DNA of 64,000 nucleotides from Daphnia carinata (lineage: Eukaryota), in assembly GCF_022539665.2 (NCBI RefSeq), contig NC_081331.1, positions 5,332,001-5,396,000 on the forward strand, written 5' to 3'. Below are positions 36,125 through 47,898 of this stretch, in pieces; within the stretch, counting starts at the first letter, position 1, and the number at the start of each line of letters is the position of its first letter. The notes under the pieces are model-generated. The model saw only the letters and a list, made by a program, of their open reading frames with translations. It searched no databases and was not told the DNA's origin. The position numbers were made by a program, and so were the translations under genes.

Positions 36125-37119
36125 TTACAAATGCTTTTTCTCCATAACACTCGGTGGAGCAGACTTTGCAAGCGCAGACATTTGAGTTGGGCGGCTGCCG
36201 TATGCTCCCTTATGATAATTTTTGAAAAGAATGAAGTACATTACGGCTTGCGTGGCCGTACCCCACGAATACGCTTTAGGATAGTCACAGTCAATGAAAA
36301 GCAATTGTATGCTATGCAAGCCGAGCATCACGAATTGAACCATTTGCAAAACGGTGAGGTATTTCTTCCACCACAGATATTTTTGGACGCTCGGTCCCAT
36401 CGCTGCCATCATATAATAGAGGTACATTACAGTGTGCACCAGGGTGTTGCACGTCGGGTAAAAGCTTTAAACGGAAAATTAATTAGCACTAATTTCTAAA
36501 TGCAAGTCTTGTATCAGAGTTTACCTGCTATGTCCACCAGGAATAAAACGGAAGCCAAGCCATACGGAAAGCGGTGTAGCAGTGTGGTGAAAAACGTGAA
36601 GAAAAGTGATTTGATTTTCCTTTTTACGCAAGATAAAGAATAGCGTGTCAAGGAAATCAATCAACTTTGAAATGTAAAGGCAATAGCCCATAAACATCAG
36701 TCGAAGGGCATCTTCGTTTTGGGAGTAATCCATCGGTTGGCAGATGATGCTATAGCCGTTGAACCACGTCAATCGACAAATTTCGCAGAACAACCAACCG
36801 TTGAGCACAATTTGAAATGCGTTGTAGGCAATCATTACACCTTGCAATTGAAAAGATTTCCGACTCTCCATGAACTTGGGACCCCAGACTCTGACCATGA
36901 AAAGGTAGGCAAAACAGAGAAGCACTGGAGTCATTGGCGAATCCGCGAGGAGCCATCCATCCGTTCTTAAATCTGTTTAGCAAATGTTTAATTCGTTTAG
37001 TGTCAAACGTATAAATTTACGTACAATTTTTGAAACGTCAACAAAATGAAGAGCTTCGTACCTCTCAGTTGCCAAATTTTGCTGCTTTGTTTAATAAAGT
37101 ATTGGACAATGGAACCCAT
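36125..37119 (-). CDS. Very-long-chain fatty acid elongase (ELOVL family), 3 exons
   Basis: MGSIVQYF...LR|DLRTDGWLLADSP, GPKFM, KLIDFLDTLFFILRKK, FLHVFHH (HxxHH box), VHTVMYLYY, YLWWKKYLTVLQMVQF, C-terminal KKHL ER-retrieval motif. Confidence 0.95.
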
Positions 37120-38438
37120 CCTGACACGATCTTGACTTCGACTAGACCGAGTCGACTAGACTTGGAACTCCACCGAAACGAAGTGCGTTGTGTTTATAGA
37201 TAAGGTGCACGGCTTTATAGCCTCGGTGCAAGAGCTGATGCAAGCCATGTGTCCTTTTTAACATCTCGGCTCCCTGGTAGTACCAGGACTGCCGGGAACA
37301 CTCCGTACCAGCCCGCTGTGAGCATCATTTCATCTCATCGCCCTAAAAGGGAAAGTTGCAGGGATACACTAAAGCTTTTTGGCTCCGTTTTATGTGTAGT
37401 TTTATGTGATTTCGTCTTTGAGAAATATTACATCTCAACACAAGGGCAAGCCAGCCTAAATAATACTTACTGAATTTCTATTATCGACAAGGTTTTGGGG
37501 TTTTCCTCTTATTTTCCCGCAGGAATGGTATAGTTTAATCGGTACATGGGTAAACGGAATTTGCATTATATCAATAATGTAACATATGACCTATCTGTTT
37601 ATACATGAAATTTTTGTAGGTCTAGCCATATACGTAGTTCGTCCGTGATCGTTATAGACATCTATATAACCGAAAGGCCGGTGGAAGGCTTCCACCATTA
37701 AACAGGCCATAGAAACAGACGTTCAGTCTTTAAGTTGCGCATGACGGCTGCTGCGAGAGAACCGAGACACTTACACATTTCCCGGATAATCTGAGGGTAA
37801 CAGGAATGAATGAATGTACCGGAGAAGTGAATGCTGGGCAGGATCACTAACAGAGATGCCCAAAACCAAAGTTCTTATATCCCCATCGTGGTTATAAATG
37901 AAGTTAAAGAAATATTGTTACGTCTATGGAGCTACATTGCCTTAGAGCTCTCTTTGCACGCCATGGTAGAACAGCACCATCTCTTCCACAACAGCCGAGG
38001 ATGGGCATTTCTGTATTTTTTACTCCTTCCTTCGTCTGTTATTTTTGTATCCTCCTTTCACGTGTGTTGCAATCAATACGATCACTACTTCATTGAACGT
38101 TTACATACTTGGAGAACCTTACAATTAGCCCAGATAGTGTAGCCTCTTCCAAGTCATGAGTAACGAAGGCATTACAAGAAAACGAGTTTTCAATTCTTCG
38201 AATCTGCTGATCAAGTTTTCTCTACAGTTTTGTTTTCCTTTAAAGGCCATACTATGCCTGAATAATTGGATCTGCTTTGTGGTTACCCGAATGACACATT
38301 TATGAACGTGAAATATTACTGTTTATTTGTTACCTCATTACTACATAACTGTTCGTTATCTAAAACTGCAATTCAATGGCCCACAGTTCACTTTTTTTAC
38401 GTCTTTCGTGAAAGATTGATGTGCCACACTTAACAATA

Positions 38439-41044
38439 TCAATTAATATTGGAAAAGCGTGCCTTTATTTGCGCAGGTAAGTTATTTGAACCACGGCGCA
38501 CGAGTTGCGAGTGTCCATCTAGGCTCAGGTACCAAACACTTGGTGTTGACGGTTTTGCTGTTGGCGATGACGGAGGGCTTTTTTTGAATTTGGCTGATTC
38601 CACGGGATAAGGAGGAACAATCGATGTACGCGATTTGGTTGAGGATTGTCTATACTTTGGCCAATTGGAACGAAGCCATAGAAACAGGCGACGGTAAAAG
38701 AGGTAGTAAATTATTTCGATGACGCTGATGAAGCTCATCCCTAGGCCAAGGCCCAAAAGTCCACCGGCTGCAGCTATAAAGGAGAAAAAAAAAGAACATA
38801 AAATATTAGGTTACATGTCAACACTTGCCATTAAAAAATTTCATAAATTAATCGAAAGTAGACAGTGAGAAGAAGAAAAACAATTTACAAATAAAGTCTT
38901 CGATTCCGTAACGGATGTCGGTTCTATAGCGCATTCCGGTCTGCTCCTTGTAATAGACGTGAAGCATGGCTACATTGGACCTAGGTTACGGAAAACAGTA
39001 ATGTACACATCGTTAAAGCAGTTGTCTCCCAGTCAGGAAAACTGTGCAGTTTGCACCATCAGATCTACCGGTTCAGCGAAACGTGCGGAAGAATTTTGCG
39101 GACAACTGAGCAGATGACTTACTTCAAATACTCTTTTGTTTCAGAGCCAGGATTGAGACTGTGCCTAGCTACGATACGTTTAAATGTTCGAGTTCGGTTG
39201 AACCCACGTCCAGGAAATGAAGCATATGAAATTTCTGGCTCGTACCAAGTGTCCGAACAGGGAGGCAAACAATTGCAGACTTCCCCGCAGTAATCTCCAC
39301 GTGAATGAATGTCCTCTATTAATGAAAAAAAAAAGGTTAGGCTATTCGTTAATGAAATATAAGTTAAACAATTACCGTACACCTCGGAGATGCAAGAATA
39401 TGCATTTATTTCACACAGCTTTGTCCGATTATCCCCTGCAACCAAAGCATTGTCCATTTTACAGTTGATCTACACTTATTATCTTGCATGTTAGATGCAG
39501 CCATGAATCTTTCCATGAGCAATCAAGCGTCAGTGCGTATTTTGAAACAAAATGTGGCATACACTCACGATATGTTTTACCTTTGAAGAAAAAAGGACGG
39601 CAATGGCAGCGATCTTCCATCATTTGAGTATCGCATTCGACAGAACAAGCCGATCGACTGTAACGCTGGAAATATTTCAGTTTCTTTTCGCCCTCCACGT
39701 AACATTGACGTTTGTTTGGCGACACTTGTCGCGCTACTTCGTCCGCGTAGAAAGATGTAGTTGCTTTGACCGCGACGAAACTAAAACAAAGCGTATGTCT
39801 GTTACCGTTGATGACTTACAATGAAGAACCAAGTGAAGCAGTAGTCTATTCTTACGTTTCCGTCCCAAGCCCTATTACAAATCCTCTGTGAGACACGTCA
39901 GGAAATTCTTCCGGTGAATGCAGCAATACCTGAGGATTCGTATTTAAACTTTGGTATGAATATTGGGGTGCAGGTAAATATTATTACTTTAAAACCGTCG
40001 AATTTTCCGCTTGTTACACTGGTGTCGTCGAGATCGGCGTCTAAGACAAGAGTTAAACCCATTCGATATCCGTTGCCACTCACCTGTAAAGGTTCGTGAC
40101 GTGGCCTGTAGGTGTGAAGGAGAAGATGATAATGTAAGAGCGCAATACAGCAGTGCTACGTTTAAGTATTACTTGGAGTCGATATCTAAGATTGTGTCAA
40201 AATAATTGCCACCGTTAAACGTGCAGCACATTCCATCGTCCGTTGGTAAGAATGAAAAGTAGTGCATACATGGTTCCGTGAGACCTAACCAGCTACAATC
40301 CAGGACCATGTCTGAGCAAGAAGGGGCAGTCTGTTTCAGTATAAAAAAGGTTAGTGTTCGTTGCATTATGCGTCGTGCTTTGTTTTTACCTTTTTCAAAA
40401 TTCTGAATAAATCAAGAGCAGAGATGTTACGCGCTTCATAATAACGGCTCAACCTCAAAAGTTCTTCTTCGTTGTTAATAGCTCTATCGAGCTTTGTCAT
40501 GTATCTCAGCGTTGATTGCAGCTTAATGTACGAGACATTCATGAACCTTGTGTTTACATAAATTAAAATAGGACCGATTGCTCGACATACCACACATCTC
40601 GCCTTACTTTGGATTGTCTAGTATTGCACTGTACAGTTTTCTCTCGGAGACTTTATTGACATTACAGATGGTAACGGCTGGAAAATGGGTGTTTCTCAGT
40701 GGATAGAGATGGGTTTCGACGGACGTGAGTAGTGGAGATTGCTCCCATTTCTGCCACATTTGCCAGCAAAAGTAACCAGAAAAACAAACGCCAGAGAGAA
40801 AGACCAGAAACCACACAATCCTTAACCGAAACCGTGTATGAAAAATTAATGACTAGTTTCACGTTCACCGTTTCATTTAAAATGATATAAAAGTAGAAAT
40901 ATAAACGTACCTTTCAAAAAGTAAACTTCCTTCTTCGAAAATGTGGTTAAGTCCATGAAGAGAGGAATGTTCACAAAACTGTTGGAAAATCTTATGCTCC
41001 GCTGGAAGCAATTTCTTGTTGTTTTTCCATCTTTGACGAGACAT
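38439..41044 (-). CDS. DEG/ENaC (pickpocket-like) sodium channel, copy 2
   Basis: MSRQRW...FCEHSSLHGL, FPAVTICNVN, GMCCTFN, YSRSACSVEC, CNCLPPC, GLGLGMSFISVIE. Same exon structure as copy 1. Confidence 0.92.
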
Positions 41045-41644
41045 AATGCAACACTATCACAACACACTGAAGCTTCGGCACTGATTTACGTTGTGGCGGT
41101 GAATTCTCTTTAAACCAGAGAGTGCTATGCCTCCCGCAGTAGAACTAAGTGTTTTGTCCTTTCTTTGCGTTACAATCGCTATCTTGGCGTGTTTTAGAAA
41201 ACGCTGGTATCCCATGAAAGTAAAACTTTCTCCTAGCATTATCCAGCTTTGGTGTACAAGAAAAAGAAATAAAAACGAGTTCTCGATTCTTATTACATCA
41301 CGATCAGGCAAGCTTTCTCTGGTTGTAGGGCTTTTCCCTTTAAGTGATAACTGCAACGCCAAAATGATTCAACACATCCTACCTATAGAGTAATTATACA
41401 CCTTGATGAATGACGTAACCTAATAAACATATGGACGGTGAATGGGGTTGAAGTGAAATGCGACTGGAAATTTTCAATCCTCATTCAGTTCTATTCCAAG
41501 CACAGCAAGGTCTCCAACTAGTTTATACGCTGTCTTTCACAGTGAATGATGGCGCACCAGTAATACAACAATCATAAAACAGGAAGAACAGAAAAGGCTT
41601 ACTTTCCTGAACAAATTGTATTAACCGCAATCACGATAGGAAAT

Positions 41645-44215
41645 TTAATATTTACTTAGTCGCTTCTGCAAATGTGGAGGCAAATTGAGTGAGTGACGGC
41701 GCGTTAAAGGGATTTGCCTGTCGAAACTAGAAGAAGAGATGGTAGCAATTGATGAGGATAAGGTTGCTGAAGATGGCCAGACATTATTATTTTCGGTAAC
41801 TTCCAAGGAACGTGGATTGTCTTTCGTTTCCTGTCTTGTATTCCTACTTAGAATACGTGTCACACGCATCGTTAGGCGTGACAACTTCACACGTTGCCAT
41901 AGAAATAATCGTCGAAAGAAAACATAATAAAGGATTTCAATGACGCTGATGAAGCTCATGCCAAGTCCGAGACCCAAAAGACCACCTATCGAAGCTAAAT
42001 AACCATTCAAAAGATAGTCAACTTCATCATAATTATAAGAAAAACGAAATAAGAATGATAGAGCCAATTAAACAGATGGCATATGAGGTAACCAAACACA
42101 TCAGATTACCGATAAAATCTGCAGCGCCGAAGCGAATATCCGTCCTATAACGCATGCCCGTTTTTTCCTTATAATAGACGTGCAACATTGCTACGTTGGA
42201 CCTGCATTAAATGAAGCCAAAAACAACATCAGTATATTGTTAGAGTGAAAGTAGAATTGCGCTCCCATCGAAGAAACTCCTAACTAATAACGATTACAAA
42301 AAAAATTACTTCAAATATTCAGTCATGTCCACACCAGGGCCAATCTTGCGCTTCCTCTCTATTCGTTTGTAAGTACTTGTTCTGTTGAATCCGCGTCCAG
42401 GAAAGGAAGCGTATGAAATTTCCGGCTCGTACCACGTATCAGAACAAGGAGGCAAACAATCGCATACATCGTCGTCATTTAAACGGATTTCCTCTATGCA
42501 GAAATAATTAAAAATCAGCTAACCAGTAAAGTAATGAATTAAATTGTTACCAAAAACTTTGGCAATGCACTTGTACGCTTGCATTTCACAAAAGCTCGTT
42601 TCGTTGTCCCCTAGGAAATAATTTCGCAATGGCTATTACTGAATTCCAGTGCAGTTACTGAGCCTAAATTAGCTGCGCATTCTAAATGATATGTATACCT
42701 TTGAAGAAGTATGGACGGCATTGACAGCGTTCCTGCATAAGGAGAGTATCGCATTCGATATGGCACGCTGATCGGCTATAATATTCGAAATATTTGAGGT
42801 TCTTTTCACCCTCCATTAAGCACTGACGTTTCTTTGGCGAAACCTCTTTGGCAACCTCCTCCGTGTAGAAAGACGTAGTTACTTTGACTCCAACAAAGCT
42901 TCAAGATAGGTGTTATATCATTCGGTAAAGAATCGACGAATAAAAAAGAACTGTTTCTACAATATTACGTTTCGGTTCCTAGACCTAATACAAATCCTCT
43001 ATCTGCCACGTCTGGAAATTCTTCCGGTGAATGAACCAACACCTGAGCATTGTACATTAAAATGCATGTTGAGTAAGATAAAGCTGTATTACCAGACTTT
43101 AAGATGAAAATGTGCTGATTTCCGTTACTTTGAAACCGTCGAATTTCCCATTTATCACGCTGAAGTCTCGCAATTTCGCATCGATAACTAGGGTCAAGCC
43201 CATCCGATATCCATTACCGTTGACTCGCAAAGGTTCCCGGGTTTCGTTAGAACTGCGGACGGTCGCGCAAAAAGTTGTATATTCGTCAGGTTACTTCACA
43301 CACACAAAAAAAATGTTTGATTTTCATGATGTTATACTTTGCCTCAATTCCAAGCATGGAGTCCAAATATTTTGCGCCGTTGAATGTGCAACACATACCG
43401 TCGTCGGTCGGTAAAAACGAAAAATATTCCATGCACGGTTCTGGAGATTCCAGCCATTTACAATCCAACATCATATCGGAACACGCTGGTGCAGCCTAAT
43501 TTTACAATAATATGTTGTATTTTTTAAAATATTAAAAATGAAGTATAAGTGGACATATCTTACCTTCTTCAAGATTTCAAACAAATCAGATGCTGAAATA
43601 TTTCGGGCTTGATAAAGTTGACTCATTTCCAACAGCTTTTCTTGATTCTCCTCGTCGTTGTATTCATCAAAAGCCCTGTCAAGCTTCGTCATAAATCTTA
43701 GCGTCGATTGTAACTTGGTGTAAGAAACGTTTTTAAACCTTATCATAATCAAGTCGATCAATTGATGCTAGCTGCTAACGAATGCTATATTTTTGTTACT
43801 AACTTGGGGTTCGCTAAAATTACTTCATAAAGCTTACTTTCGGAGATTTTATTGACATTGCAGATTGTAACGGCAGGAAAGGGAACATTCTTTAGTGGGT
43901 AGAGTTGGGTTTCCACTGACGTAAGTACGGGCGATTGTTCCCATTTTTGCCATACTTGCCAGCAAAAGTAACTTGAGAAACAAACACCGGACAGAAATAC
44001 CAGAATCCACACAACTCTTTACTCAAGATGTGATACAAAAATTTGTTAATACTTTGCGAAGGAAAATAATAAATCGTGGATATTTCGTACCTTTCGAACA
44101 TCAAACTACCATCTTCGTACACGTGCTTTAGTCCGTGAATAGAACTAGATTCACAAAAGTGTTGTAAGATCCGCTTGTGTTTACGTTGAGCTCTCACTTT
44201 TTCGCTGCGAGTCAT
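41645..44215 (-). CDS. DEG/ENaC (pickpocket-like) sodium channel, copy 3
   Basis: MTRSEK...FCESSSIHGLKH, FPAVTICNVN, GMCCTFN, CDCLPPC, GGLLGLGLGMSFISVIE. Same exon structure. Confidence 0.92.
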
Positions 44216-45454
44216 GTTTTATTCGAAAAGCTAAACACAACCGCAAAAGCCGTGGCACTGAGATACAATTGTTTGATTTGTTGCCACTTTAAAGAATGTT
44301 CTGCTTCTGTTCTCTCTATTTCGTCAAGCTACCTTATATATAAATCTTCAGAGATTTTACATATTAATGAGGGCACTACTTTCTCTTTTTCGTCATAAAA
44401 AATTACATCGAAAAGCAAAAGTTCCAGATCCCTAACGACCGACTCAACAAGCTTTCTCTGTGTATCAATCACAACGTTAGAACGCAGAATTGTCCATATG
44501 ATAATCTACCTCAGTGAGCATCTCATTGTCTGATGAAAGACGACGAATGGTTTTGAAGGAAAAATATCATTTCGGAGAATTGATTTTTAATGTACTACAA
44601 GCTTCTAATGCCATTTTAACAATTTACAGCTAACACAGTTTTATGTGCTAAAAAACAGTATCTATTTGCTGAATGCTCTTAATTCATAGAGTTTTTTTTC
44701 TAGTCTAGCGCGGCCGTGTTTGTCGCGACAGTTAAAGTTGTGCAGATGATATAATAGCGTGTGATTAGTCGGCTTTTAAGTGCTCCCTCAAAGGGTTGTA
44801 CTGATTCTATTATTAAAATAACCTTGATACAGATACACTACGTAATTCGTTAACTGTTGTCTAGTAGGAGCACTGTCATTCTAGATGTCAAGAATACGCA
44901 CGCTGCTAAAAAAGGTAAAACTTTCACCTTGCGTTAACTAGGCCCCCCCAAAAAGAAATAAAGAATTTAGATTTATCCTGTCCTTGCATTTCAGCGAGTG
45001 TGGGTTTTTGTTCGATGTCTAAAATAATTTTAAATGATTGAAAACCTCATTACCTCCAGAGCTGATGCATGGCTATGGTGGAATATTTTATTTATACGGT
45101 TCATGGAAAGTAAACCTGATGTAAGAAGCCAGATTTCTTCTAATAACATTCAATAAGCATTAGAAAATGCCTTTCACATTTACACAATTATTGTTGTTCG
45201 ATGTAGTCTTATTTCTATACCAAAATTATTTAGTTCTTTCACTTATCGTTGATTCCGGAAGAATATGCTAAGTAAACACTGAAATATTTTACCGTTTTCG
45301 TTGACTTGTAAAACCGGTTTCACTACCATTCTACGCTTGTTAGTTAAAACGAAATGCATTTAGTAGGGAGCATTGATTATGGGATTAAATTAGTGCCGAG
45401 CCCAGGAGCCACACGTTTTTTTTCTGCTGATCATTGCGAGCGCCACACCCCAAA

Positions 45455-45633
45455 AAAGCCAATGGCTATTTGTTCTACTGGAAACTGATTTTTTTTACAG
45501 AATAATTATTGCTTTCATTCCTATCGGTCATGCGCATAACAACGTTGGATTTTAAAAAATCCAGAAACGTACAGTCATCAATATTTGTAAAGTCGTGCCT
45601 CCATTCGTGCAGAAAAATTAAGCGAACCCCACT
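45455..45633 (-). pseudogene. 3' relic of a fifth pickpocket paralog (last ~17 codons plus 3'UTR)
   Basis: Minus strand 45633-45578 reads WGSLNFSARMEARLYKY*, versus RGSLNLPAHMQARLYKY* in copy 4. 3'UTR blocks (CCAGAAACG..AGTCATCA, ACGTTGGATTTT, AAAGCCAATGGCTATTTGTTCTACTGGAA) match 47798-47900. Confidence 0.88.
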
Positions 45634-45636
45634 GGA

Positions 45637-47595
45637 GGTTTGTTTTAGGTTAAGTTACAATGTTAAAATAACAAAACTGAAATTCTGCCATACCGAAAAT
45701 TAAGCCCAATAAAATAAGCCCGACAAAATAAGCCCGAAAAAGTCGGGCTTTTTTTTAGAAAAGATTTTTTTATAGATATAGCTAAAGTAATATATGATTT
45801 CGTTTCGACATTAAACGAAAATCACAAATATGTCGTTTGTTTTTCAACAGGGTTTATAGTTATTGAATAAATTGTAAAAAACAACAAACCCAAATATGTG
45901 CACTACTAGCATTTTGTTTCCGTTTATTTAAAATACAGTTGGTTTGACGAGAAAACAAACCACTTTATCGAAATCAACGTTTATTTTTGAATGTTAAGTG
46001 GGATTTTTATCGCATTCTAAGAGTTTTCATTTTTTGTGAATTTTGACAAAAGTGGGAAGGCTATAGCCTTCTCACTTTTCATTTTTGGCCAAAATTTAGA
46101 TTTCATTTTAAACACATGATTCCGATTTAAAATTGAACGAGAATCACAAAAATCAAGTCTATTTTTACCTTGGCCTTATAGCTTTTTGAATAAACGGGAA
46201 AAACCGCTTGATAAGTGCTGGCGCGCCAGCAGCGCGTTAATTCCATTTATTACAAAAACGTCCGGTTTGATGAACAAACAAATATTTTTATGGCATCAGT
46301 GTTTCATTTTAGGTTTAGTTACATCAAATTTAATGTTAAAATTACGAAACTGAATTTCTGCCATACCGAAAATTAAGCCCGATAACATAAGCCCGACTTT
46401 TTCGGTCTTATTTTTAGATAAGACTTTTTTATACATATAGCTATAAAAATACATTAGTTTGATTCAGAATTAAACGAGAATCACAAATATGTCGTTTGTT
46501 TTTCAACAGGGCTTATAGTTATTGAATAAATTGTAAAAAACAACAAACCCAAATATGTGCACTACTAGCATTTTGTTTCCGTTTATTTAAAATACAGTTG
46601 GTTTGACGAGAAAACAAACCATGTTATCGAAATCAACGTTTAATTTTGAATGTTAAGTGTGATTTTTATCGCATTCTAAGAGTTTTCATTTTTTGTGAAT
46701 TTTGACAAAAGTGGGAAGGCTATAGCCTTCTCACTTTTTCATTTTTGGCCAAAATTTAGATTTCATTTTAAATACATGATTCCGATTTAAAATTGAACGA
46801 GAATCACAAAAATCAAGTCTATTTTTACCTTGGCCTTATAGCTTTTTGAATAAACGGGAAAAACCGCTTGATAAGTGCTGGCGCGCCAGCAGCGCGTTAA
46901 TTCCATTTATTACAAAAACGGCCGGTTTGACGAACAAAGAAATATTTTTATGGCATCAGTGTTTTATTTTAAGTTTAGTTACATCAAATTTAATGTTAAA
47001 ATTACGAAACTGAATTTCTGCCATACCGAAAATTAAGCCCGATAACATAATCTGTACTGCAGCTTATCTGCTGCTGCTGTGCAGCTTATCTGTACTTGCG
47101 CGCTAACGTTGTCTTACATATTGGGTGTATTTAAAAAACGATTGATTTGGCGCAAAAACAAACCACTTTATCGAAATCAGCGTTAAATTTTGCTTGTTCT
47201 GTACGATTTTTATCGGATCATAAGAGTTTTCACTTTTTGCGGATTTTGACAAAAGTGGGAAGGCTATAGCCTTCTCACTTTTTCGTTTTTGGCCAAAATT
47301 TAGATTTCATTTTAAATAAACGATTCCAATTCAAAATTGAACGAGAACCAGAAATATGAAATTTATTTTTACGTTGGCCTTATAGCTTTTGTAATAAACG
47401 GAAAAACGGGTGATAAGTGCTTGCGCGCCAGCAGCGCGTTAATTCCATATATTATATTAGCCCGACTTTTTCAGGCTTATATAGAATATAGCATTTAGTT
47501 TCCGTTTATTTAAAAAACAGTTGGTTTGACGAGGAAACAAACCACTTTATCGAAATCAGCATTTAATTTTGAAATGTTCTGTGTGATTTTTATTA
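45637..47595. repeat. Tandem array of a ~660-bp unit (two near-identical copies, one diverged, one partial), built from two related ~330-bp halves and rich in palindromes; probably derived from a non-autonomous DNA transposon
   Basis: CTGCCATACCGAAAATTAAGCCC recurs at 45685, 46358 and 47018. The palindrome AAAAGTGGGAAGGCTATAGCCTTCTCACTTTT recurs at 46048, 46707 and 47251. Confidence 0.9.
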
Positions 47596-47898
47596 AAGTT
47601 ATACGGTTTATTTCACAAACGGCTGATTAGATGCAGTTGTCCTGGCAACAAATGGATATAGGAGCTTTATTGACAATACGCAAATACGTCGTGGGCACAT
47701 GAACATTGGAACTTCTTTCCAAAAAGAGAAAAAAATCAGGTAGTGTGGCTAAAATTAGCAAAAAATCTATCAGGTATCGTTGCAATAGGCAATGATCAAA
47801 GCCATTGACTATTTGCTCTATTGGAACCAGATTTTGATTTTTTTTTTCAGTGCACAACACGTTGGATTTTTTTTTCTTCAACCAGAAACGGAGAGTCA

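Noticed and set aside
37831..38142. 103-aa ORF between ELOVL and pickpocket copy 2
   Set aside because: No recognisable domain or supporting gene signals.
45637..47595. CRISPR-like array
   Set aside because: Eukaryotic context, the sequence between palindromes is itself repeated rather than unique spacers, and no cas genes are present.
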